Of a stretch of DNA of 64,000 nt, positions 41,501 through 53,706 are shown in pieces (the first letter of the stretch is position 1; the number at the start of each line of letters is the position of its first letter). The DNA is from Tubiluchus corallicola (Eukaryota > Animalia > Priapulida). The stretch is from assembly GCA_030141605.1 (NCBI GenBank), contig JAQGDQ010000099.1, positions 79,194 through 143,193 on the forward strand, read 5' to 3'. A program made the translations under genes and the position numbers. The notes beneath the pieces are model-generated. The model searched no databases, had not been told where the DNA came from, and was given only the letters and a program-made list of their open reading frames with translations.

Positions 41501-44500
41501 ATATTCTAACATTAAAATTTACCCGACAATAAGAAAAATCTATCCCAAGTAATCTTCAAAATGTATTATTAAAATACCTTAGCCATGTGGGCTAGCTGGG
41601 AGTTCCAAAATTTCATTCTCCGTGAAACAGGGGTCAAGTGGTGGGCAGGGCCACTTGGAGCAATCAATAGTAGAGGGTTACCAGGAAGTTTCCTCTGGAA
41701 TCCAATTAATAAAGTGTGGTAAGAAGAAGTGACTAATAAATTAACTATAAGAAATATAATAACACAGCATAAGTAACCACATTGATTTCTCAGCATTTCT
41801 AAATAAAGAGTAAAACTGGAAGTTTATTCCAACTGAAATGGTTTATTCTCCTATCTAGATAAACAGTCTGTTAGCCATTTGGACAAATAAGCAAATCAAA
41901 AATAAGCAACCTAGACGCCATTGAACTAATTTAACCAGCAACAAGAGTTCTGCTTAGATTTCTATTCTTCATTTAGTTTGCTCAAATTTTCATGACAAAT
42001 TCAACAACCAATTTAAGATCAGACCAGGTACATTTGCATTAGCCTCTAAATAAGAAGTGGCATTCATTATGTCAACTGAAGTCCTATTACCAACTTCATT
42101 TTTCTCATGTTCTCATTTTCTTGACTTAAATTTTTAGCAGTAAAAATAAGGTATTATTTTATAATTTTTTCGTTAAAGAGGGAAACGAGCTTGGAAGTTT
42201 ATGTACAGGTTTATGTTGTGTGAGACTACTAGCCAGTGGATCCCAAGGTCGCTTGAGTAGTAAGTTGAGCGCTTCGGCACTGCTGGCACCAGCTCGAGAC
42301 GGATTGATTGACAGTGCTATCATTTTATCTATCAATCCTGGTATCTGGAAATAATAAATTAGCCGAAATACAGTGAAATTCTAGAGCATAAAACTCTTAA
42401 TAGGAGTGATATGTCACTAAAGAAGTATTCAGTGCTGTGTCACTGAATAAAAAACTTTGAACATTTTGAAAACATAGTATCAAATAATTTTGCAATATTC
42501 AATCTAAGAAAATACAACTATTCAGAACATGAACAAATCACAAAGAAAATCTGAAGTTTATTGAGAAAATTCCAAACCTGATGAAACAAAAGGCTTGTAA
42601 TGCAAAATGTTGTACACCATTGGTAGCCCGTCGTATATTCAATGAAACTGATCACACGAAATTTTCTCAACAATGAATTCAGAAATTATTATATTACAAG
42701 CCATAAAAAAATTTTCATGGTGAGAATGTTTGTGAATTTTCTTTTGAAAAAAAAGTACTATAATCATTGCTTCATAAGAAAACATTACTTATCACTACAT
42801 AAGGAGGCTACTAAACACAGTAGCAGCTAACCTAAGTTTGCTTCATTTCATTCAGAGAAAGTTTCTAAAATCAAAAACTACTACAAAATGGATACACATT
42901 TGACAAACGGATGATGCATTAAATGAGTATTGGTTCTAAAATCTAAATGATACTGCACCTGTTCAGTACGTAATCGTAACAGCTCTACCTATATGTGTTA
43001 GTACATGCAGAACCTTTTCTGTGCAATCCAACCTTAAGGATGGATTCTCCAAGCTTCCCTGTTTACAGCAAATTATTGAGAAACAATCGATTTTAGCTCA
43101 GTTGCAGAAGTTTACAAACAAAATACCTTTGATTTAAGAACCTGTAAAACATCAAGGTAAGCTGCAAGTATAGGTAAGCTCACACTCTCAACCAACGTTT
43201 GATGCAACCACTGAGTCAACTTCGTATCCTAAAATAAGAATTTCCTTTAGAAAAACATATTTAAAGTATCATCAATTATCTTCTAATACTTTTACCTTTT
43301 TTATGCTCAACCAAAACTTGTCAGCAATGTGGGGATTCATTATTTTTAGGCAAATATGAAGAAATTTAACATCATTTGCTACTACAGTCTCATGTCTTGT
43401 CATCAATGAGTTCATGTCAAAATAGTTCTTCATCCTGTACATCCCTCACATCTTTGTGTCACTCAAGAGTATACCACACCTTCCGTATTGAGATTTGAGA
43501 AAAGAGATAATGTGTTAACTTTACACATTATAATGCAATTTTCTGTAATTTATGGTACCTTATTTTGACATAAAAAATATGAAGGCAAAGAAATGTATTT
43601 ATGTCAAATAAGATACTATTATACTGTTTTTACCAGCAGATATCTGGGCAGTCCAAAACAATCATTTTCCCTCCCATACACAGTCATTTTCCCTCCCATA
43701 CACAATCATTTTCCCTCCCATACACATGCCTAATTAGCACCAGCTACCCATTTTAAATACAAATTTCAGGAAAAAATAAATGCACACATAATCTTGCCAC
43801 TGACATACTTCTTGAATAAACAATCAGTAGGTATCTAAGAAAACAGGTCAGATAAGAAGCAGTAGAGAATAAAAATTAAGATAAACATGTCGCAAACTCA
43901 AAAGCTCTTTCAATGTTAAACAACTTAAACTTATCATACACACCCATTGTATTCCTGCAAGTGCATGTCTTATTCGTTTCGCTGCTTTGTCTACACTCAG
44001 TCTTCTCAGTACTGGTTCGTTATATTGCTGAAATACAGAACATCTGTAAAATAACCTCAGAATTTTGCTCATGAATAGAATGGGTTTGTTGCTCGCATAA
44101 AAATAAGCAGAAAGCTGAGAATGTGTGCAGGCACCAAAATTGCAAAAACCTTATAATTAAGTTAGCAAACACTGCAAGAAAGCATGGTCAAGCATTGTAA
44201 CACGCCAACAAGTATTCATGCGTCAAGCTTCTAAAATGTCAGCTATGCTGTTAAACTCACATTTTCGTGAGAAAGTCGAGCCAGACGATCCGTGTTCAGT
44301 ATCTTGATAACTTTGTTAAACAGACGATTCTGCGCAAGAGTCCAACCAGTCCTACAATAACATTCAAAACAGATAATTATTTTTTTAAAACTTTAACAAA
44401 AATAAAATAAACAAGACAGAAAGCAAAACGATATATCGCAAGTGAAGGAGGTCCATACGAGAGGAAGGAGGGTCTAACCTCTCTAATCAGATGCATCATG

Positions 44501-47500
44501 TAAATTGCAACGATCGTAAATTACATTGGTACTGGCAGGGCAATTTGCTAACCAACGTTCACGTTAACCAGGCAAGTGCGCATTAACAGCAAATTAAATC
44601 ATTTATGGCTAATTCCTCTCATTATGTAATAGTGCTTAGTGATCAAATGGGAAAATATCGATACCTTTAAATCCTAATGTAGATTGTAAAAACTTGTTGT
44701 TGATCTGAAGAAACTTGTAGTGATCTGGTAGAACTGACTTGAAGAAGATTTGTAACTTCAGAGATATTTTTGACTGAAGTTAGCTGGTTCAATCTGGTTG
44801 TTAGAAGAAAGAATAGGAAACCTGTGTTCTGTGAAACGCTTTATTCATGCTATAAATATCACAACAAATCACGCACTTTTACACAATTTACACGGGAAAA
44901 AGCAGACACACAGGCAGATCATGTCAACCAAGCGGCAGTAAGTGCCTAAGTAGGCCTGACAGAAATGCTTAAGTCTCATGCATATGCTTGGCTTACCTGA
45001 TTGGCCAATAACCCTCACATGCAGAGTATATAACCATATAAGGCAAGCCCAGCAAGCACAGGTGACAGAGCAGCACAGACCAAGAAAACAACCTGGACGA
45101 AAACTGAATCAAGTAATAATATTAATAATGCAAATTAAGTGGATAATTTCCAAGTAATAATAAATAATGGATATACAGGTGGCAGCACCTGTTCTATTAA
45201 CTTGGAGTAGTAGTTTGTGAGCTTCGATTATATGAATCGCAAGTGAAAATACACGACACAGATGAAAGAAATACAATGTAAAACAAAAACTCGAGTCAAC
45301 TCTACCAGATCTCTAAAAGTTTCTATAGGTGATAAATCCTTACAAATGTGGATCAGAGCTTTTAGAATACATGCTCCATATTTGAATCCCGAGGCTGCCC
45401 AATCTAGACCAGCACAATTACCTAATGAATGATAGTTTACCTAGCTAAATGTTCTTCCCAGTCGTCCTGAGCATCAGTATCACATCTTGCAAAGTTCACG
45501 TGTCGTTCACATTCGTTCATAACCGTTCGCGCTTTCTGTACGTCGTACGGCAACGGTGGTTTCGTTGGCAATGTCTCTACATCAATTGGTAACTGTGTTT
45601 GCCTAACCGTAAAGTTAATACAAAGGAATGAAAAACATTATCAGATTTATGTACATCATTATGGACAGCGACAAGTATCTAATTTTACTGTAATTCTTAA
45701 ACTTAGAAAAATGTAACAAAGAATTATGCAAAAAACTGTCTATAAAGCCTAAAGTTAAATATATAACAAAGAATTATGCAAAAAACTGTCTATAAAGCAT
45801 AAAGTTAAATATATAACAAAGAATTATGCAAAAAACTGTCTATAAAGCATAAAGTTAAATATATAACAAAGAATTATGCAAAAAACTGTCTATAAAGCAT
45901 AAAGTTAAATATATAACAAAGAATTATGCAAAAAACTGTCTATAAAGCATAAAATTAAATGACACTACCGCTGTATAGAAATTTTCAAGCATGGTGGTAG
46001 CTGCCATTCGCTTAAAAATTATGACTGGACGACTTCGTGACTTTTTGTAAGCACATTACACAATACACTTATCACAGTTTCATTACTAAATCCTTCAAAC
46101 ATTTTTCGAGTGCATTAAAATACACCTAAAGTGCCAGAAGCGATTCTTTTCTGCTAACAAATATTTAAACACACTGACAGCCGCATGTAAAACTACAACA
46201 ACAACTAATATTTAGCATTTCAATATGCAGAGTTTTTCTTTTCTGTAAACACAGCAGTTTAAATACAAGCTAGGCAATTTTTACATTCAGACAGTAAAAT
46301 GTCGTTTATTATAAACTTTACAAGACAAATGACCAGCATAACAATAAAACGACTGTCTTATACTCTGACAAACATAAAATAGGTGTTTATATTGATCAAT
46401 CTGTAGCTACGTAAATGCTGTACGATTACAGTGAAAAAATATCACAATTTGTTCACAGAGAACAAGCTCAATGTTTGAAAATCCAGTGCGCAAAAATTTA
46501 AACAGTACTTAATTCTTATTATGGTACACATTCATATCTTGGCAATAAAATGCTAAAGTACTGATGCATTTAAAAACCAATAAGTTAACTGCCAATTAAT
46601 ATTGTTTAATATACTATTATTAGTAATGAGGTAAATACCAGTGTTTGGTACATGATATACGACACACAACTGAAATACAAAAACGACTGTTGTTCAATAC
46701 ATGAACAGAACGAACGAAAATTTGGAAAAATAATGGCAATACGCAAAAACCAACAATGACAAAAATCTATAAGTTCATTAGATAGCTTGTAATAATAAAA
46801 AATATTTTCCTATCGACCCTGTCACCTACAGGAAATGTGGCTCCTCATTCTGAAACCAGACATATGCAGCCAGTTAATCATAGATATTTTTGCATATGTG
46901 CATAATCAGCCGCAAAATTTACAAAATGTTACATTGGAAAATAAAAAGGCTAACAGAGTTTATTGGTAATTTACTCCCTGTTGTTTTTCTTTATTTAAGT
47001 AGATGATTCTAAAGTAAATGTAGATACATGTAGAAGCTGAAGAAAGTAGATGACAAACACATATAGATGATACAAAAGTAGACGTAGATTAAAGGTAGAT
47101 GAGAAAAAAGTCGATATTCCAAACCCTGGTAAGTATACGCATCTGTCACAAATAACACAATTCCTAGTTTCAAAAAACAAGATAATTTCCAAGAACTACC
47201 ACTCTTTCAAATTTACAAATTAGGTAATTATTTTCAAGCAACTTTGATCACTTACAATACATTTTGTTCCTGATTATTTCTCGGTTGCCTAGTCACGAAT
47301 AGCATCCGTACAGGACGAGCATTGCTAGCATCCGGATGTGCGCTCCATGGCTTTGAATAGCAATGATCTAACATAATAATGTCTAATTCGTGTTCCTGAC
47401 CGGAAAGTTGGTAGAGGAACGAAGAAGCCATACGATGTCGCAAAGTGTTTGGGTCTGTAGCCGAGTAAGTGTCTGAAACCACCCCTGAATGAAACGGCAT
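31544..47500 (-). CDS. KANSL3: KAT8 regulatory NSL complex subunit 3 (KANSL3/NSL3/Rcd1), 13 coding exons, about 1405 aa
   Basis: Manually spliced exons, all GT-AG and phase-consistent: 47500-47256, 45602-45441, 44351-44261, 44027-43944, 43228-43127, 42344-42207, 41694-41578, 41390-41289, 40131-39985, 39083-38862, 36692-36507, 35543-35384, 34005-31544. The translation contains motifs I recognise from KANSL3: [107 protein letters not shown] (alpha/beta-hydrolase-like fold), [48 protein letters not shown]. Confidence 0.96.
35736..35882. mobile_element. PIF/Harbinger-like MITE, copy 2 (same family, in a KANSL3 intron)
   Basis: TIRs TGGCACATTCAGACGTAGAGACTTCTCTCACAACTTGTTG / CAACAAGTTGTGAAAGAAGACGCTATGTCTGAATGCGCCC, TTA TSD at 35733-35735 and 35883-35885; the interior (CTCTCTGAGA, GTGAACGG) is shared with 18896-19097. 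Confidence 0.8.
36141..36461. repeat. Degenerate (GAT/GGT/GAC)n low-complexity tract
   Basis: Directly visible, in a KANSL3 intron. Confidence 0.9.
38448..38542. repeat. (TAT)n microsatellite
   Basis: Directly visible. Confidence 0.97.
39300..39570 (+). mobile_element. 3' end of a CR1-like LINE in a KANSL3 intron
   Basis: The translation FWKLP...[15 protein letters not shown] resembles the CR1 ORF2 terminus (WNxLP...A.SxNxFKxRLD). Confidence 0.5.
43659..43726. repeat. 22-bp tandem repeat x3
   Basis: CA(A/G)TCATTTTCCCTCCCATACA occurs three times. Confidence 0.9.
45711..45960. repeat. 50-bp minisatellite, 5 near-identical copies (KANSL3 intron)
   Basis: Unit ATATAACAAAGAATTATGCAAAAAACTGTCTATAAAGCATAAAGTTAAAT at 45711, 45761, 45811, 45861 and 45911. 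Confidence 0.95.
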
Positions 47501-48439
47501 TTTTTCCCAATTCTAGTTAAAATAAAAATCAAATTTTCTGTATTACTAAAAACAACAAGAGAAATTTGAATGCATTATTAAGATAAAATTAAAGCACATC
47601 CATAAACCAGACAAATTAAATTACAAAAATAAGCACCACAGATGTAGAACAAATGCGTGAAATGTTCAATCACTTTTCACTAATTTTGTCAAGAATATGA
47701 CAAAACAAATGGATTCTGATACAAGTCATACAACAAATATCTGACTAATCCAAAAGACTGTTTTTTTCGGTCATTCTCACAGAACAAAATGTACTGTCTT
47801 ATAAAAATAACAACAATAGGCGAAACTGCAGCCAGTTGCATGTATTTAATTATTACACGTTAGTTTGTTTTTGGAAACATAGCATCTGTAATAGTGCTAC
47901 ATACTTTTAACAGCAAGAATTGATAATACATTTGCTGCACTGCTTAAAGTTTATTGTTCTAGAAACAACAGGTTTCATTTTTTCTTTTTCTTCATATTCA
48001 CACAGCGTAAAACATATTTCGGATCCTATCCCGAAACTCAAACACAGAAATTACTATTATGCGAAATAAACAAAACCTTTTTTGACGTGTAAGGTGACCA
48101 TTGAAGAGTGGTTGTTAGTATGTCATGTGGCTTTGCAAACTGAAAAAGGACATTTTTGCACCTACTATTAAAGTGACAGGACAAATGAATCAATATTTAA
48201 TTGATGATGCTACACAGCAATTTATTTTCACTCCACAGCAATTGTACTAAAATTTGGTGAGTCAGTTCCAGTTCTTATATTCCTCTATGACTTCTAATGA
48301 TTCATGGCATGGATAAAGATCCGACATCTAGTTGCAATAAGCAAAAAAGTCCGAAATCCATTTCTAAAACAATCAAGGGCAGAAAACCCAAAGTAAAATC
48401 TAGCATGAATGCAGAAACATGCAATAAAAAGAAAGCACT

Positions 48440-49300
48440 GGCAAACTGCAGAGATCTGCCCTAAATGTAAGAACCACGTTAAAAATGCTGAAAAAGGGAT
48501 CTCATGTGAAATTTGTAACTACTGCTTTCACATCTCATGTGTTTTGTTAGTGAGATGCCATACAAAGTTTTAATGGACGATCATAATGAAATTCATTGGT
48601 ATTGAATTTTCTGCAATAGTGTAGCTGTGGAACTTAACTAGGATATAATTAGCCTGCAGTCTAAATACAAAAAACTCGAAGCAGATCTGACTAAAGTAGC
48701 TGGGCATGTTAGTAAATTTGATGACAGCATAGAAGTTTTCAAGAAGAATACAAATAACAGGCTTAATGCTGTACAAAAGAAGGTAAACAGCAGAAGCAAT
48801 TTCTCATAATTTGTATCAATCTACAAGGAAAAGGAATAGCGCTATATGTTAGATCATCCTTAGTAGCACGAAAAGTTTTTTCATCCTCGTTATGGGTAAA
48901 TGTAAATATAAGGCATAATAAAGAACTATTAGTAGGAGGAATTTCCAAAAGTCCACCAGCAAGCTACGAAGAAAACTTGACATTGCTGAGTTTGATGGCT
49001 GAATTAGGCATTAGAAAGAAAAAATTCAAAGTGATTTGTGGTGATTTCAATTTCAGCAAGATGGACTAGAACTCGTGGAGTTCTTTGACACCTGAGAGCA
49101 GTCTGAAAAATACATTAATTGAAGCTTTACGTGACAGTTATCTCATGCAACTTATATAGTTATAACAGTCGTCTTGTCCCAACGAGAGTCAGGTTAAATC
49201 AAGATCCCACATTAATAGATTTGCTGATTGTAAACAATCCAGGCATCGTATCCAACAGGGCAACAAGCAATTCAAGCCTAAGGAAATACAATTTTTCAAA
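48440..49300 (+). mobile_element. Decayed CR1-clade LINE fragment (ORF1 PHD finger plus ORF2 apurinic endonuclease), antisense in the KANSL3 5' intron
   Basis: Frameshifted translations give CPKCKNHVKNAEKGISCEICNYCFHISC (PHD-type finger), GIALYVR, LWVNVNI...LLVGGI.KSP, VICGDFNF, and PTRVRLNQDPTLIDLLIVNN (endonuclease motifs), interrupted by stops. Confidence 0.82.
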
Positions 49301-49957
49301 GCAGACGATGTTGCCATAAATACTAAAATAGTTATTTGAAATCTCACAACTGGGAGTGGATTTTCAATAATAAAGATGTACTTAAGTGCTGCAGTGCGTT
49401 TGAAATCTCCAACTAATGTGTGCAAAATCTTCAGTTTCACATCACATCAAAAATATTATCGATATTATCAACAACTTTTTATTGTTTTCATGATATGATC
49501 ACATGAGTGGTCTCTATTATTTAACCATTATTACTGCCTCTCAACCCCAAGAGGTGATAAACTTGGAGATATTTGTGTAACATATTTTCAAAAACAATTA
49601 AAAACCTCGAAGTTTCCTAAAAAAATCTAAAAACTTCACATGGATCGCGTTTTTTTGCCGAAATAGAAGGCAATCAGACATACTTTCCACTACAGATACT
49701 TCGCAGTACTCCCAGACTCAGATTCAAGGGAAATCTTCGTTACCAGGAGTAATTAGCTAATGATTACAGGCCCCCGTCACGACTAGACCGGTGAGCTGAA
49801 AAGCTTAGGCCAATCATGTCCTTTTTCGGAGTTTACCGTTTATAGTACAAGAAGAAACCGTTACTGTTTTAAAATCAATTTCGGGGGAAAAATCTAAATA
49901 ATTATTACTTTTAACAAAGAATTAAAATTAGATTGATCAGTTTATAGAAGAACTTAC

Positions 49958-50006
49958 AATGATCGTTAATCAAACCTAAAATAAAAGACAGCGCAAAAGA
50001 TACTGA
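49958..50006 (-). other. Candidate non-coding 5'UTR exon of KANSL3
   Basis: The KANSL3 ATG exon has an acceptor 12 nt upstream of the ATG (exon starts 47512), so an upstream exon is expected. A strong donor CATT|gtaagtt lies at 49958/49957. It is preceded either by an Inr-like TCAGT (50006-50002) or by a polypyrimidine acceptor ttttattttag that would give an 18-nt exon 49975-49958. Confidence 0.5.
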
Positions 50007-52215
50007 TTATGATTTTATTTTAAACAGGCTGTCTCTAGCAAAAGCATGATGACTTAGCCAGAGGGCTTTATTAGTATAGGCTCTTGTACTGAGACTAGGG
50101 TTGTTTGAGGTTCAGGACGCGACCAAAATATGTTTTTCGCTGTGAATATTAAGGAAAAGAAAAAATGAAATCTGTCATTTCTGAAACATAAAACAATAAA
50201 GTTTAGGCAGTAGAGAAATGTACTATTAATTGCTACTTTCAAGGTTTTAATTAAAATTATATAGCACTATTACGGATCTATGTTGTCAAAAACAAACTGA
50301 CGTGATATAATTAAACATTAGTGCAATTTCCTGTAGTTTGCCTATTAATATTTTTATGAGTGTGCATTTTATGAATGGCCACGCAGAGTAAGTGCTACAA
50401 GAAAGTTGACCACACTAGATTAGAATAATTTGGGTGCACTAATAATTTGCTAGTTTCAATAACGAAATATCAGTTCGTGCTCAAGTGGAGAATTCCACAA
50501 AAAAAGATGCAATTTCATGCAAAGGAAAAAAACTGGCCAAACAGCATGTCTCAGGTTTTGGAAGAGGAACATGACTGCTTAATTTTTTTAAATATTTATT
50601 GATTCGATTCAGTATACGTATATAAAATCAGGGCATTGAATATTTCTTGAAGCAATATTGCACGTACGCATAACACTGCTCAGAACTAAATTAATTCACA
50701 AGGCAAATACAAAATACTTTCGTGTAAGTATAAAAAATTAAGTAGGCATAATAATATGCCCTTACAGAACTGCTACAGTCTTCTGAGAATTGATAAGAGT
50801 TATTGCAATAGCAAGCAAAACAATGTTCAGTGCTAGCCAAACGCCATATTTTACAGCTTTTTGTTTTGAAGAGATATTATATGTAAGTGTTGAACAAGTG
50901 AACTGACAATGGGTGCAAGAGACATGTGCTAATTATAAATAGATCTTGTGAGAACATGGCTCATGTCCAGCAAGTGTACATGTAGAAAAATTCATTTTAT
51001 GTTATTTTCTAAATGTAACTGTACGCCAAGTGCCAAGCTCTCTGCAGTTCGTGAAATATCAATTTACATTACAGCAAATATAAGAAATAGAATTCACTAA
51101 TTTTCTGACATTTGAAATTTGTGTTACATGTTAGCAGACTAGCCAGGGAGTAAATTACAAAACACTATTCAAAACTATTAATTACACTTAACTTAAATTG
51201 AGTTTATATCACAAGTCAAGAATTTAAATATCCCAAAGATACGTTTTAAGAAAGACAGTGATGTCTAAGAGGAAGTTGTTTTATTACTGCTCCAGAATCA
51301 AAGCAACTGTGCTTCAAGTTCACTATATAATTTCTAAAAGACCTTAATTTTCTCTGTAGTGGCTTAGCACAGAAATACATGTAGATCACTCTCTGTTAAT
51401 CACAAACATAGCTACCTCAGTGATGTTTACCATCATTTTAGTGATGCAAATGATTCCTCACCTAACTAACACTAGTTTTTTGTTGACAATACTATAACTA
51501 TAATGCCTTATACTACTAATGTACTAATACTTCAAGTTACTAATTCCTACGTCTCACATCCCACCTTTACAATGTTTTAGTTATTATATTAAAGTATTAA
51601 AATAAGTACAAAGCAGGTATATGGACATATCACTGTTATTTTTAGAATAAGATTTCTACAGTTAAAAAGATTTACACAAACAACCAATACTGGTTGCAAA
51701 TTCCAATAGTTTCTCAGTCTTACTACCACAGGCAGATGTGAACTTGTGAAATGTATACAACTGTATATAATCTCGATGTGTATACATAATAAAAACATAG
51801 TGCAACAAACTTGTACACAGCTCGTTTGTCTTTTGGCATCCATGACAGTGAGGGAGGCCCTGGTTGAACTTGACATATAATGTTCAAATTCAAACAATAG
51901 AAACTAAATTGCTTTCCTTGCATTGCCATCACAATTTCGTATCCTTTTTTAGTCTTAATAGTACCTACTACCATGCTCAAATTAAATGATAAAGCATTCA
52001 TATCTTGGTGTTTGTTTAAACCTCGGGTATCAACTTGTTCCTGCACTTGCCGGAACAATCCTGTGCAGAATATGGTGACGATTCACTCATGAACGTGGCT
52101 ATTGGAAAAGAAAATGGAGTAAAGGTACTGTTAATAAGCAGTTTTCTGCGAATCTGTAGGCTTTAGGAATGCTATGGAGCTTTGGGAATGCTGGTCAAAT
52201 GCGCTTATAAAAACT

Positions 52216-53652
52216 TCACTTGTTTGTGTCATTAAAGAAGTTATGCGATACAACATATCTGACACATTGGAGTATAACATTCCTTTCATGCCTAATTTCC
52301 GGCGCTAGAAGTTTCTCCAGCAATGTTGGCTTTCGAACAACACTTTGATGAACGTTGCTGGATTTGTTATGCTTACGTTTTCTCTTTCTCGTTTTTCTGT
52401 CGTTTTCATTCAAACCAGTTACTTTACCTCTAGTGGACGATTCAATTTGTTTTACATCAACAGCTACAAAGGCACGATCATCTGAGCTGTTTTTTTTATT
52501 ATCTGTATTTACATTATGCGATGCATGGCTAAGTCCCTCATCTTCAGAAGCTGAACTGTGACCATATAAACTGGCAATATTTCCAAGAGCGCTCGGCAAA
52601 TCTTGAACTGATTTCACTATAGGTACATCAGCTGGAGGTTCATTATCATCACTTGAGGAACCCTCGCCTGTTCCTTTTATGAGAAATGATAGTGGATCAG
52701 AAGAAAGATTTGAATTCTCCTTTGGCTGCACACTTTGCCCTTGAGTATCTGATGCACTTTTAGTTAAACTGTCTTTTGTTGAAGGATCAGTTTCAGTTTT
52801 AGCTTTCTGCTGATGCCAGTACTGAGATTTCCAAGATTTCCTTCTGCCTCCTGCATTTCTTCTAAACTTTCCGAAAAACTTATTACTGAGCACATCTCCT
52901 CTTTGTTGCTGTTCTTTTTGTTGGGTTTTCTTTCTTGCAATATTCTCTTTTGTCGGGTAGTTCTGCCTGCGTTCCTCTTTCCATTTTGCAATTTCATCAG
53001 CACAATCAAGTCGCTTTATTTTATCAGCACACCCAGTCAAATGGTACCAGTGTATGTGTTTCAAAACAACTTTTGGATGTGCAGAAAAACTGCAACCATC
53101 ATACTTGCACTTCACATGTGATCCCATGTGTGCCGCGTAATCATCCTCACATTTAAAGCCCCTGTCACATATGTCACAAGAATATTTATTGTTTGCTGGT
53201 AACACATCTCTCTTATTCGATTTATTAGATGTAGGCGAGTGTGCTCTCCTTTTTGTTTTTGGTTTGTGCCCCATCACTTTATTGCTTTCATTAGTCTTAA
53301 TGTTAGCGGAATGCCTCACTTGCACAAAAGGTAAAGCTACTTCATGAGCAATATACATATCATTACAGCCTAAACGAGGTCCAAATTGTCTGTAACCTTC
53401 TCCCGAAAAAAATCTCAATCTTGGCATAAAACGCAGTGGTGGTCTGCACATATGTGGGCCACCAAATGGGATTCTTAATTGTCTGGGTCTTGCATCAAAT
53501 CGTACAGGTCCTCCAGGACCATGCCACGGAGGTGGTATAGGGAAACCAGGACGTAAACCCGGTCCAAAAGATCTAGGAGGTCTGGTGCCAGGAGGTGGAG
53601 GGCCTGGACGCATATATCTAGTTTCATGTATAAAGTTTCCTTGCATTGCCAT
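52216..53652 (-). CDS. NUFIP1: NUFIP1 (FMR1-interacting protein 1 / Rsa1 homologue, box C/D snoRNP assembly factor), single-exon CDS, about 478 aa
   Basis: Uninterrupted ORF (the track starts it at GTG 53706; first ATG is 53652). It has a Pro-rich N-terminus, C2H2 fingers CDICDRGFKCEDDYAAHMGSH and CKYDGCSFSAHPKVVLKHIHWYH, the Rsa1/PEP motif EIAKWKEERRQNYPT, and the C-terminal TLLEKLLAPEIRHERNVILQCVRYVVSHNFF typical of NUFIP1. Confidence 0.93.
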   Translation of the reverse strand: MAMQGNFIHETRYMRPGPPPPGTRPPRSFGPGLRPGFPIPPPWHGPGGPVRFDARPRQLRIPFGGPHMCRPPLRFMPRLRFFSGEGYRQFGPRLGCNDMYIAHEVALPFVQVRHSANIKTNESNKVMGHKPKTKRRAHSPTSNKSNKRDVLPANNKYSCDICDRGFKCEDDYAAHMGSHVKCKYDGCSFSAHPKVVLKHIHWYHLTGCADKIKRLDCADEIAKWKEERRQNYPTKENIARKKTQQKEQQQRGDVLSNKFFGKFRRNAGGRRKSWKSQYWHQQKAKTETDPSTKDSLTKSASDTQGQSVQPKENSNLSSDPLSFLIKGTGEGSSSDDNEPPADVPIVKSVQDLPSALGNIASLYGHSSASEDEGLSHASHNVNTDNKKNSSDDRAFVAVDVKQIESSTRGKVTGLNENDRKTRKRKRKHNKSSNVHQSVVRKPTLLEKLLAPEIRHERNVILQCVRYVVSHNFFNDTNK

Positions 53653-53706
53653 CAATGTGGTGGAACAGTAATGCCTGGTACGGTATGTATCACAATTTCG
53701 CGTCAC

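Noticed and set aside
43321-43406. Sense-strand TTGATGA...CTGA in a KANSL3 intron (possible C/D snoRNA)
   Set aside because: Imperfect box C, weak terminal stem and no recognisable guide sequence.
45711-45960. CRISPR-like array
   Set aside because: Head-to-tail repeats without unique spacers, in a eukaryotic intron.
50046-50092. Box C (ATGATGA) and box D (CTGA) pair with a weak terminal stem, suggesting a C/D snoRNA
   Set aside because: It is antisense to the flanking genes, very short, and I recognise no rRNA/snRNA complementarity; an Rfam/snoscan hit would be needed.
52195-52218. Stop-codon readthrough or selenocysteine at the NUFIP1 TGA
   Set aside because: The protein already ends at the conserved C-terminus, and another TGA follows after six codons.
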